Positions 14,680 through 22,531 of a DNA stretch of 64,000 bases are shown in pieces. The stretch is taken from IMG/VR virus record IMGVR_UViG_3300044719_000028, positions 1 through 64,000 of that record; one strand, written 5' to 3'. Position 1 is the stretch's first letter, and each line of letters begins with the position of its first letter. The position numbers were made by a program, and so were the translations under genes. The notes beneath the pieces are model-generated. The model was not told where the DNA came from and made no database searches. It saw nothing but the letters and a program-made list of their open reading frames with translations. Origin of the DNA: a virus (taxonomy: Duplodnaviria; Caudoviricetes).

Positions 14680-15197
14680 TTCGTAAGCTCCTCAAAACGT
14701 TTAAGAAAGTTGATGTAACACGTACGGCTGTCCCAAGCAATAATTTTGTTGGGGAGTGGAACAATATCTTTGTACTTCTCGTCCAGCACAACATCAGGTT
14801 GTAGGTCACGCCTTTCTGTAACAAATGCTCGATTGTCTGCATCTTTGATGCACGGATGAAGAGGGTATGCAATGTTGTATTTCTTGAAGATAGTCTTCAA
14901 CGTACGCTCCTGCAACGCTTTGTAGTCTGGTAGCAATGACTTCAATTGTGGCGGCAAATCTTTCAATACAAACTCGTCTGCATCGTGCATGAGTGCTGCC
15001 AATGCAAATTCTTCAGGTACAAGCTTGCTGACGATGACACTGTGCTGCCCTACGAAGTAGCCTCTATCTGATTGTCCTGTGAAACGTGATTCGTGCGACA
15101 AGCCAAGCGAGATGTCCTTGATGTTGAAGTCGCTGGTTTCCGGACTGGCGTAGTCGAAAAAGCCGCCCTTGTACATACTGATAGTTGTGTTGTTCAC
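14676..15197 (-). CDS. HD-domain deoxynucleotide phosphohydrolase (YfbR/YfdR-like, 173 aa)
   Basis: LSHESRFTGQ, VGQHS and LMHDADE motifs. Confidence 0.85.
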   Translation of the reverse strand: MNNTTISMYKGGFFDYASPETSDFNIKDISLGLSHESRFTGQSDRGYFVGQHSVIVSKLVPEEFALAALMHDADEFVLKDLPPQLKSLLPDYKALQERTLKTIFKKYNIAYPLHPCIKDADNRAFVTERRDLQPDVVLDEKYKDIVPLPNKIIAWDSRTCYINFLKRFEELTK

Positions 15198-15228
15198 AAC
15201 CCCCTCCTAAATTTGTTTTGACAGACAC

Positions 15229-15257
15229 ATAGTATCTCAACATTCATAACAATGCAA
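15229..15257 (-). promoter_or_regulatory. sigma70-like promoter
   Basis: gcTTGCAT-17-TACTAT on - strand. Confidence 0.6.
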
Positions 15258-15271
15258 GCGTTTTCTACAAA

Positions 15272-15297
15272 TAAAAATGCCCCGCACTAGGCGAGGC
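15272..15297 (-). terminator. intrinsic terminator
   Basis: GCCTCGC-CTAGT-GCGGGGC followed by ATTTTTATTT on - strand. Confidence 0.6.
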
Positions 15298-15304
15298 GAA
15301 AATA

Positions 15305-15979
15305 TTACATTTGAATGAGTTCTTCTTGCGGAACCGGCTTGGCTTCTACAACCTTTGTGCGAATCTTACGAGGCTTCTTAGCAGGCTTGTTAGCATCAGC
15401 AATCGCCTTCATGCGCTTCTCAGTGCGTGCTTCAAAGCGGTCCATCACTTCATCGGCATCCATGTAAAGTTCCAAGCCATCTTCCAGACGGGCAATCTCG
15501 TTCGGCGTAAGTAGATCGCTGTACAGGTCACGGATGAGTTTCTTACTAGACGCAGTGATGTGGCTAACTTGCGCATCTACGTTACCACCATGCCCACCAA
15601 CGCCATATTGCACATTATGGTACATCGTAGTTGCGTACTCATTGACGTACAGGCTGTGTGCAAGTGCCATGATCATCGTACCTGCTGACGAAGTATCAGA
15701 CTCAACATGCACATGAATAAACGCTTCAGTGTGCTTCATAGAATTGATAAGAGGGATAATCGCATGCAGTGCACCACCAACAGTAGAGAGTCGGATTTGC
15801 ACAACATCCCCTTCTTGAGCACTGTCGAGTACGTCTACAAGCTGCGAAAATTGAGAGACTTCTCGAAATTCGTCGTCAATTGTAACTCGATGTACTTGAT
15901 TGATAGGCGCAGAGTAAACCGCAAAAGGCTCCCGCTCTTGCTGGAAAAGCTTAAAAATGTCTTTGTTCATTTGTTTCAT
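15305..15979 (-). CDS. ClpP-like serine protease (224 aa)
   Basis: IRLSTVGG, TSSAGTMI (Ser), MYHN (His) and LYMDADE motifs. Confidence 0.8.
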   Translation of the reverse strand: MKQMNKDIFKLFQQEREPFAVYSAPINQVHRVTIDDEFREVSQFSQLVDVLDSAQEGDVVQIRLSTVGGALHAIIPLINSMKHTEAFIHVHVESDTSSAGTMIMALAHSLYVNEYATTMYHNVQYGVGGHGGNVDAQVSHITASSKKLIRDLYSDLLTPNEIARLEDGLELYMDADEVMDRFEARTEKRMKAIADANKPAKKPRKIRTKVVEAKPVPQEELIQM

Positions 15980-15988
15980 ACATCCTCC

Positions 15989-16768
15989 TTAATTATGGTA
16001 GTACATTTTTACGAATGCACGGCACAGTCCAGAGCGCACAACATCTTCCGGTGTGAACGTAACAACACCAATGTTCTGTTCCATGCAGTGCAAGTCTTCG
16101 TCACTGAGGTAATCTGGCAGCTTATCAAGAGAGTTTTCGATAAGATCAATAGTATCCATCAATCCGCTCTTGCCTTTCAGGTCGTTCTGTTTTTGGTCGC
16201 CTGTAAGTACAAGTTGGCATCCGTCTCCAATACGGGTAAGAATGGCTTCAAGCTCATCTTTCGTAAGATTCTGTGATTCCTCAACAATCACAAGAGCGTT
16301 TTCAATGCTCATGCCCCGGATGTGCTCCACACTCAGCATTTCCACTTTCTTGCTCGTCAGGCAGTAGCCAAGAAAGCCTTTGCCCATAAATTTGCTAAGA
16401 TGCTCAAGAGTTTGTTTGAAGAACGGAAGCAGCTTTTCTTCCAGTGTACCGGGCAGCGCACCATTACTCTTGCCAGTGGAGACGTTTGCACGAACGAGAA
16501 AAATCTTGTCAATCTTCTTGTTGCGGAGGAGTTCAGAGCCGTGGTAGGCAGCTAGGAAACTTTTCCCTGTCCCGGCTGATCCAATTGCAAACACCACTTG
16601 ACGACCTTCTTGCAGGAATTGCAGAAGTTGTTTCTGCCGAGGATTAGCAGGTTTAACTGTGAGCTGCTTTTGTTGTGTTGGAATTACAACATCGCCAGCT
16701 ACGATTTCAACCACAGGGGCTTCGCCTGTCTTCTGCTTACGTGTAAGACGTTTAGCATTGTTGGACAT
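15989..16768 (-). CDS. phoH: PhoH-like ATPase
   Basis: GSAGTGKS Walker A, HIRGMS, IVEESQN and LTGDQKQNDL. Confidence 0.92.
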   Translation of the reverse strand: MSNNAKRLTRKQKTGEAPVVEIVAGDVVIPTQQKQLTVKPANPRQKQLLQFLQEGRQVVFAIGSAGTGKSFLAAYHGSELLRNKKIDKIFLVRANVSTGKSNGALPGTLEEKLLPFFKQTLEHLSKFMGKGFLGYCLTSKKVEMLSVEHIRGMSIENALVIVEESQNLTKDELEAILTRIGDGCQLVLTGDQKQNDLKGKSGLMDTIDLIENSLDKLPDYLSDEDLHCMEQNIGVVTFTPEDVVRSGLCRAFVKMYYHN

Positions 16769-16828
16769 CAATTATCCTCTTGTAAAAAGTTAATGGGAAT
16801 GCCCAACGATGAAGCTAGACATTCCCAT

Positions 16829-16857
16829 AATTTACACCACACAACCTTATCTGTCAA
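16829..16857 (-). promoter_or_regulatory. sigma70-like promoter for phoH-clpP
   Basis: TTGACA-17-TAAATT on - strand. Confidence 0.6.
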
Positions 16858-17069
16858 ATAGGCCAAGTAAGCTCTGAAGTAAGTTTTACGTAATCTCCCC
16901 AAGCATCTGAAACAACTAGTTTGACAGTTTTACTGTCTTCAGTCACGCAACGAACACTTTTTACGTGGAATACATCTGGAATAGTGTCTTTCCGGTTGTA
17001 TTCAAGTACAACAGCACCTTTACGAAGCTCCCGCACATCTACATTAGCATTAGCAAACTTAACCTTCAT
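16854..17069 (-). CDS. hypothetical protein (71 aa)
   Basis: GGAGG RBS, start trimmed to MKVKFAN. Confidence 0.6.
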   Translation of the reverse strand: MKVKFANANVDVRELRKGAVVLEYNRKDTIPDVFHVKSVRCVTEDSKTVKLVVSDAWGDYVKLTSELTWPI

Positions 17070-17406
17070 TCTTAGCCTCCGCAGCTTTCTTCTTCTCCAG
17101 ATTAGCCATACGGGTTTCACGAGCCTTGTTCATGTTCTCAACTTTCTTATCCTTCGTCCAGACGCCTTTGCCCTCTACAGCAGCTTGTACACGCTCTGCT
17201 GCAAGGTTGATCGTCTTAGCATTCTTATAGAAATTAACTTCGTATAAGCCCATGATATTAGCAAAAGGATAAGCTTCTTGAGACACCGCCCATCCGTTGT
17301 TGACGTGCTTTTCAATCTCAAACACGATTTCCAAGAAGTTTGGAGTGGTGATTTGTTTGTACTCCGTCGTGCCTTGTTGAGTGCTGGTTTCTCGAATGTC
17401 AGACAT
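17059..17406 (-). CDS. hypothetical protein (115 aa)
   Basis: AAGGA RBS. Confidence 0.7.
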   Translation of the reverse strand: MSDIRETSTQQGTTEYKQITTPNFLEIVFEIEKHVNNGWAVSQEAYPFANIMGLYEVNFYKNAKTINLAAERVQAAVEGKGVWTKDKKVENMNKARETRMANLEKKKAAEAKNEG

Positions 17407-17569
17407 AATCCTTCTCCTTTTTCATCTTACGTTGTTTACGTTTGGTTTCAGCTTTGCGGGCAACACGTTCGTCTTCTAGATAGATGTCTCCGAAGCGGGA
17501 GTCTTCAAAGTCGATAAGATTTTGTTCGTGTTGCTCGTATTCGTCAATCATGTGTTCAAACTTAGTCAT
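17399..17569 (-). CDS. hypothetical protein (56 aa)
   Basis: Hand-translated MTKFEHMIDEYEQHEQ...; acidic N-half, basic C-half. Confidence 0.55.
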   Translation of the reverse strand: MTKFEHMIDEYEQHEQNLIDFEDSRFGDIYLEDERVARKAETKRKQRKMKKEKDYV

Positions 17570-17922
17570 TTGTTGGTCCTCTTGAACAACTGAGGGTATT
17601 TCTCGTTTAGTTCTTCCTTGATAATTTCTAGGTTGTCTTTGTAACTATAGGTATAGCACTCACCATACAGATAAAACCAAGTTACCCAACACTCTGTATA
17701 GTCTCCGTCACGGTTACTCCAACCGTGTGAAACCTTTTCAGATCGGAGTTCTACTTTGGTGTCGTATTCTTTTTCAGCTTCGGGGATCAAAGCCACCATC
17801 TTTGCGATATCTTCAGCACAGCTTTTAAAATCACTTCGCGCGCCGTAAATCGTCTTACCTCCTATATCTTGAATACGGAACCAACTTGTCCCTGTGGGTG
17901 TATATTTAGGATGTGGTTTCAT
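17566..17922 (-). CDS. hypothetical protein (118 aa)
   Basis: ATGA overlaps. Confidence 0.65.
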   Translation of the reverse strand: MKPHPKYTPTGTSWFRIQDIGGKTIYGARSDFKSCAEDIAKMVALIPEAEKEYDTKVELRSEKVSHGWSNRDGDYTECWVTWFYLYGECYTYSYKDNLEIIKEELNEKYPQLFKRTNK

Positions 17923-18089
17923 TTGTTTACAAGGGCCATCACAGGTTGTTTGATTTCAAACCAGTCTTCCTCTAGCAATACTCGTTCACGGATTTGCCAG
18001 ATGGCTTCGGTATGGTCGATTGCGTAGTCTACATCGATACAGACCAGTTTACCGTTGTCACGGAAGTAGCATCTTACGTCTCGTAGCAT
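17919..18089 (-). CDS. hypothetical protein (56 aa)
   Basis: Hand-translated MLRDVRCYFRDNGK...; AAGGAG RBS. Confidence 0.6.
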   Translation of the reverse strand: MLRDVRCYFRDNGKLVCIDVDYAIDHTEAIWQIRERVLLEEDWFEIKQPVMALVNK

Positions 18090-18098
18090 GTTTTCTCC

Positions 18099-18296
18099 TT
18101 AGATTTGAACTTCCCGAACTTCGTAACGCATCCCTGTGTGCGCAAAACTCTGTTCCATACTGTCGCGTTGTGCAACAGCTTCCACATAGTTGTAGTGAAC
18201 TTCAGAGCGCCAAGAGTCTTCTTCAAAATGTTCATAGTGCCCACACAGCGCTTTACCGCCTTCTGGTGTGATCGACACAACCAAGTAAATCTTCAT
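18099..18296 (-). CDS. hypothetical protein (65 aa)
   Basis: AAGGAG RBS, MKIYLVV... Confidence 0.65.
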   Translation of the reverse strand: MKIYLVVSITPEGGKALCGHYEHFEEDSWRSEVHYNYVEAVAQRDSMEQSFAHTGMRYEVREVQI

Positions 18297-18343
18297 AATT
18301 TCTCCTTTGTTTGTTTCAGGCAACGTTTGCGCTGATGGGATGA

Positions 18344-18372
18344 ATCTTAACCTGAGGAACCTCGGCTGTCAA
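18344..18372 (-). promoter_or_regulatory. leftward promoter of a divergent pair
   Basis: TTGACA-17-TAAGAT on - strand. Confidence 0.65.
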
Positions 18373-18387
18373 CAAGAATCTTCAAAA

Positions 18388-18416
18388 TTGACAAGAATCG
18401 TACTCGCTGTTACAAT
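18388..18416 (+). promoter_or_regulatory. rightward promoter of a divergent pair
   Basis: TTGACA-17-TACAAT with TGn. Confidence 0.7.
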
Positions 18417-18450
18417 TTGCTCAGTTAAGAATATTAAGGAGGTGTTCACT

Positions 18451-18822
18451 ATGGGTGAACTTGTCACAACGAAGGAGCAGCCAGTCTTTAAGAAGGTACA
18501 CGAGCTAACTAAGTTTCTTAAGGATTTGAAGAAGATTAGCAAAAAAGCTATCGAGACGCTAGAGCGCGGACTTGACAGCGAAGACGAACGTGTGCGAATG
18601 ATTGCAGCAGAGAAACTTCTTAAGTTTTATACTGATACGGCTAACGAGGTGAATGCAGACGAGTTGAAGCGCCTGCTGCTAGAGGTGAAGCTTAAAGGTC
18701 TTACAGGGGCAGGTTCCACTGCTGACGATGACAGTACTCCGGCACTTGACTTCGATAATATCAACCCTGAGTTCGCAAGTGACGTTCCTGTGATCGATAT
18801 GGGCACAGTGAACAAGATTTGA
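18451..18822 (+). CDS. putative terminase small subunit (123 aa)
   Basis: First gene of the late arm; helical AIETLERGL...RMIAAEKLL pattern; AGGAGG RBS; assignment mostly positional. Confidence 0.5.
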   Translation: MGELVTTKEQPVFKKVHELTKFLKDLKKISKKAIETLERGLDSEDERVRMIAAEKLLKFYTDTANEVNADELKRLLLEVKLKGLTGAGSTADDDSTPALDFDNINPEFASDVPVIDMGTVNKI

Positions 18823-18830
18823 CAAAGTAG

Positions 18831-18859
18831 TTGACAAGATTGGTAAGATGATTTATAAT
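18831..18859 (+). promoter_or_regulatory. consensus sigma70 promoter for the tRNA/ncRNA locus
   Basis: TTGACA-17-TATAAT. Confidence 0.8.
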
Positions 18860-18865
18860 TTGTTT

Positions 18866-19155
18866 TGTTGAGTGAGTCGATCTGAAAGTGTGATCCGGTT
18901 AGCACTGAAGCGCTTCAACATTGTTATGGAAATCTTGCAGCGGCCTACGACTTAACCGCGTGCGGGTTGATAACGAAAAACAGGTGAACCACTACCTTTA
19001 AGTGTGGACTTGAAATTTCTCCTACCAGTATGCCCTTGACTGGACCCAAGACGGGCTGTAGAGGCTTTGTAATAGGCCATCTACAAAGCCATTCTCTGAT
19101 AGCAACCGTTGCCCCTCCTCCTCGGCCTATTGGATTGAGTGGCTCTGTAGATTAA
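18866..19155 (+). ncRNA. candidate structured leader RNA
   Basis: No ORF; multiple stems and a possible pseudoknot (AATAGGCC/GGCCTATT). Confidence 0.35.
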
Positions 19156-19159
19156 ATTT

Positions 19160-19235
<76 letters not shown>

Positions 19236-19242
19236 GTACAAT

Positions 19243-19315
19243 AGCGGGGTAGTGTAACGGTAGCACGTTAGGCTCATAACCTATCAGTCCAGTTCGACTC
19301 TGGCGACCGCAACCA
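19243..19315 (+). tRNA. trnM: tRNA-Met(CAT), initiator-like, degenerate or possibly pseudo
   Basis: Loop CT-CAT-AA, TTCGACT, CCA; 1:72 mismatch plus mismatches at 6:67, 7:66 and 49:65. Confidence 0.65.
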
Positions 19316-19321
19316 ATCATA

Positions 19322-19397
19322 GCGGGATTAGCTCAATCGGCAGAGCGCTTTCCTTCCAAGTAAGAGGTAGTCGGATCGTAACCGACATCCCGCTCCA
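19322..19397 (+). tRNA. trnG: tRNA-Gly(TCC)
   Basis: Perfect acceptor stem GCGGGAT/ATCCCGC, loop CT-TCC-AA, CCA; unusual T-loop ATCGTAA. Confidence 0.9.
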
Positions 19398-19399
19398 GA

Positions 19400-19625
19400 A
19401 TCCTACTACCTTGGGATTGTTAGCCTTACGGCTGACGAGGCTTCTACGAGAAGCTAATGAGCACGGCGGAATTCCGTGCCACAAGAACACAAAGGCCACT
19501 ACGAATAGCGGCCCTCTGAACTTTCCTCATACGGCAGAGGTTTTATCGAACAGCACCCCTTCCAGTGCAAATGTTGAAGGGAACCTAACGAAGCCAAACT
19601 CATTAGGCAAGTTCTGCGAATATGA
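19400..19625 (+). ncRNA. candidate structured RNA (three-hairpin cloverleaf plus further stems)
   Basis: TAGCC/GGCTG, GCTTCT/AGAAGC, GCACGG/CCGTGC, CCTCTG/CAGAGG, CCCTTC/GAAGGG. Confidence 0.35.
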
Positions 19626-19653
19626 TAGCACGGAAAAGTCACAAGGAGAACGT

Positions 19654-19890
19654 ATGTCAGAAGAAAATAAAACTTATCATTGGGACAGCGGCAAGGGAAG
19701 TCGTCCACGTTCGTATAGTGTCTCTCAAGAAGAGTTTGGTAAGAATTGGGATGCTATATTTGGTAAGAAGGATAACACTTGTATTAAATGCCCTCGCGAT
19801 GTAGAGATGAGGTGCAACTACTGTGGGCTGAAACAGTCTGACGGTAGCGTGAATAATCCGGTTGCAGCATTATCGTCGGAAGGTCAATAA
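19654..19890 (+). CDS. conserved small phage protein (78 aa)
   Basis: AAGGAG RBS; GKGSRPRS..SQEEFGKNWDAIFGKK motif common in phages. Confidence 0.65.
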   Translation: MSEENKTYHWDSGKGSRPRSYSVSQEEFGKNWDAIFGKKDNTCIKCPRDVEMRCNYCGLKQSDGSVNNPVAALSSEGQ

Positions 19891-19920
19891 GCCATCGTGG
19901 GCTGACGCTAATACACGTAC

Positions 19921-20150
19921 TAAATTTGCTCAAGGGACTAGCTCCGACGAGCATATCCGCGAAAGCGGGCACATGGCGAGGGTGGCTGTAGGTCACTGAA
20001 GAGGACGGGCAGGTTGGCTGGCGCCGTTCCACCAATACGAGCGTGGATTAGACGAGCGCTCATTAAAGATAGGTCGTCCCGCGTATGCACCCGTCGTGGT
20101 CTGCTCGTAAAGAGCGCGTAGCGGCAGTCTAGGCAGCGGCTAGACAATAT
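19921..20150 (+). ncRNA. candidate large structured ncRNA
   Basis: GC-rich, no RBS-led ORF, at least 7 stems including CCGC-GAAA-GCGG; ends at a terminator. Confidence 0.5.
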
Positions 20151-20158
20151 TCTTAGGA

Positions 20159-20192
20159 GGCTGCACGGCAGGGATGCTGTGTGGCTTTTTGT
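20159..20192 (+). terminator. intrinsic terminator
   Basis: GCTGCACGGCA-GGGA-TGCTGTGTGGC-TTTTT. Confidence 0.7.
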
Positions 20193-20205
20193 TGTTTCAA
20201 GTTTT

Positions 20206-20282
20206 GTGGCGAACGGACTAGCTATCCTTCTGACGCTCTACCGTCAGATAGTCACTCTTATTAACTCGTAGAGGAGATAAAA
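20206..20282 (+). promoter_or_regulatory. structured translational leader of the HNH gene
   Basis: GTGGC/GTCAC junction with two hairpins; loop CTCTAC complementary to GTAGAG overlapping the RBS. Confidence 0.5.
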
Positions 20283-21017
20283 ATGTTTTGTAAAAACGAA
20301 GATTTATCTGGTATGAAGTTTGGACGTTGGACCGCTACAACGCTTGCTCAAGCAGGAACAACAAGGTTGTGGAACTGCATTTGCGAATGTGGGACAAAGA
20401 GGCCTGTTAACGCCCAGCGTTTGAAGAATGGTACGTCTAAAAGTTGTGGGTGTCTTCAGAAAGAACTAGTTGCTGCTAGGAGCAAGACACACGGGCACTC
20501 AAGGAAAGACGGTTATAGTAACTGGATGGAAATGAAAGATCGTTGTTACAACGAAGATAGTCCTTGCTACAAATATTATGGTGCAGTAGGAGTGTACGTC
20601 GCAGATGACGTTATGGATTATGAGGATTTCATCAAAGCAATTGGGCCAAAACCGAGTAAAGATCATAGCGTAGGCAGATTAGATAACTCAAAACCTTATT
20701 GTGCAGATAACATTCGTTGGGAAACAAAAGCACAACAGGCTCGTAATCGTACGATGATTAGCTCTAATACGTCTGGAATAACAGGCGTCTATCTTGACAA
20801 AAATGTTGTCGATGGAGTTGTCTACGGGCGTTGGGTGGCAAAATACACCGACCTTACGGGTAAGCAAGTTAAGAAAAGTTTTAGCGTTCTGAAGTACGGT
20901 TACGAGGAAGCTTTCGCTCTAGCTGTGGATTTCCGAAACAATGGGATTCGACTCCTTCAAGAGTTAGGGGCAGATTATGGGGCGAAGCACGGAATGAAGA
21001 GGGAGAAAATTGAATAA
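20283..21017 (+). CDS. HNH/AP2-type free-standing homing endonuclease (244 aa)
   Basis: CICECG..L..G.SKSCGC, RLDN..Y..DNIRW.T..QQ.RN, C-terminal AP2 (SGITGV...WVA...KKSFS...A...R). Confidence 0.85.
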   Translation: MFCKNEDLSGMKFGRWTATTLAQAGTTRLWNCICECGTKRPVNAQRLKNGTSKSCGCLQKELVAARSKTHGHSRKDGYSNWMEMKDRCYNEDSPCYKYYGAVGVYVADDVMDYEDFIKAIGPKPSKDHSVGRLDNSKPYCADNIRWETKAQQARNRTMISSNTSGITGVYLDKNVVDGVVYGRWVAKYTDLTGKQVKKSFSVLKYGYEEAFALAVDFRNNGIRLLQELGADYGAKHGMKREKIE

Positions 21018-22443
21018 GAAGAAAGAAAAAATCAAGCTCGGGCCGGATTCGGTCACTCATAAACGCTTCCTAGACTGCACAAGTGACTACGTGATCTTTG
21101 GTGGCGGCGCAGGTTGCGGTAAATCCCACCAAGCCCTTCTTAAAGTCCTTAAATATAAGGACGATCCAAATTTCCGTGGAATTTTTATACGTGAAACTTC
21201 GGTCCAGCTTTCTCAAGCCGGTGGCCTGTACCAAGAGGCAGAAAAGATGTGGTCACAATTCGGTGCAAAGTTTAAAACGCACCCGACCATGACTGCGACG
21301 TTTCCTAGCGGAGCGCAGGTACAGTTTAAAGTCTGCGGGGCGGACCGTGACATCACCAACTTCGACGGTGGTCAGTTTTCTCTGGTTGTATTCGACGAGG
21401 CACAAAACCACACGGATGTTCAAATCCGCTATCTAGAGTCTCGTATCCGCTCACAGGCGAAAGGCCCACATCAACTCATATGTACTTGTAATCCCCGCAG
21501 GGATAGTCATTTAATGCCTTTTGTCTCGTGGTATTTAGATCAGGAGACAGGTATTCCAATTCCTGAACGATCAGGTGTTGAGCGTTATTATGCATCGTAT
21601 TGTGGCTCTATGGTTTTTGGAGATACTAAAGAAGAACTCCTTGAAAAATACCCGGGAGTATCTCCGCAGACCTACGTTTTTATCAGTGCCACAATTAAGG
21701 ACAACCCTAGGATGAAAGTCCTCAACCCCGGCTACGTTGCGCGACTAGAAAACCTTAAACGTGTCGAGAGGGAAAGGCTACTCTTAGGGTCGTGGTTCGC
21801 CAAACAGGAGTCGCAGGGGCTGTTCCGAAGGTCGTGGTGCGAGATTGTTGATTGCGTTCCAGCTAAAGTAACATCACGCCACCGGGGGATGGATTTGGCA
21901 AGCACACTTGCATCTGAAAGTAATCCAAACCCCGACTGGACGGCATCTGTAAGAATCTCAAAATCTGAAGGTTATTACTATGTAGAGCACGTCGAGAGAT
22001 ACCGAGAGCTTACTCATAGTGTTTTAGAGCATATTGCGGAAACCTCCAAGAAGGATTATCACGAGCTTGGAGTTAAAGTCCCTGTGACAATCCCGAAAGA
22101 CCCCGGCGCAGCAGCAGCTGCTGCTAATATGTTCTTTGTTAAAACCCTTGTGGAAAATGGTGTAGATGTAAGATCAGAAGGTGTTAGCGGGCACACAGGT
22201 AAACTTGCCCGTATGCAACCTTTCTTATCTCTTGCCGAGGCGGGGTGGGTGAGGGTGGTTAAGGGTGATTGGAATGAAATGTGGTTCAATGAGCTAGAAG
22301 ACTACATCGACGGCAACAGAAATCAGAAGGATGACATGTGGGATGCGACAGCCTCCGCAGCGAAAGCAGTTATGAAAAACAACACGATGCCGTCGTTCGC
22401 CATTCCTCTAAACACCCAACCCTCACCAATCCCCTCCCTATAA
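21010..22443 (+). CDS. terL: terminase large subunit
   Basis: GGGAGCGKS Walker A, VVFDEAQ Walker B, LICTCNP, nuclease GMDLA...DDMWDA; TTG start. Confidence 0.95.
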   Translation: MNKKKEKIKLGPDSVTHKRFLDCTSDYVIFGGGAGCGKSHQALLKVLKYKDDPNFRGIFIRETSVQLSQAGGLYQEAEKMWSQFGAKFKTHPTMTATFPSGAQVQFKVCGADRDITNFDGGQFSLVVFDEAQNHTDVQIRYLESRIRSQAKGPHQLICTCNPRRDSHLMPFVSWYLDQETGIPIPERSGVERYYASYCGSMVFGDTKEELLEKYPGVSPQTYVFISATIKDNPRMKVLNPGYVARLENLKRVERERLLLGSWFAKQESQGLFRRSWCEIVDCVPAKVTSRHRGMDLASTLASESNPNPDWTASVRISKSEGYYYVEHVERYRELTHSVLEHIAETSKKDYHELGVKVPVTIPKDPGAAAAAANMFFVKTLVENGVDVRSEGVSGHTGKLARMQPFLSLAEAGWVRVVKGDWNEMWFNELEDYIDGNRNQKDDMWDATASAAKAVMKNNTMPSFAIPLNTQPSPIPSL

Positions 22444-22474
22444 TATCACAATAAAACGGATAGTGGCACAATAA

Positions 22475-22503
22475 TTGACAAGATTGTTACCTCATGTTAT
22501 TAT
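22475..22503 (+). promoter_or_regulatory. promoter for the head genes
   Basis: TTGACA-17-TATTAT with TGn. Confidence 0.65.
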
Positions 22504-22531
22504 CCGTTTCAGTAAATAAAAAGGAGCACTA

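Noticed and set aside
19065-19152. HDV-like/theta ribozyme suggested by CCTCCTCGG and a pseudoknot next to tRNAs
   Set aside because: Could not build P2 or a J4/2 with the catalytic C; kept only as an unassigned structured RNA.
19959-20034. Fourth tRNA (Tyr, GTA loop, ending CCACCA)
   Set aside because: Acceptor and D arms do not pair and there is no TTC T-loop; at most a remnant within the larger ncRNA candidate.
19825-20150. tmRNA or group I intron
   Set aside because: GGGCTGA resembles a tmRNA 5' end, but there is no matching T-arm/acceptor 3' end or tag ORF; no P7/R/S elements and no interrupted gene.
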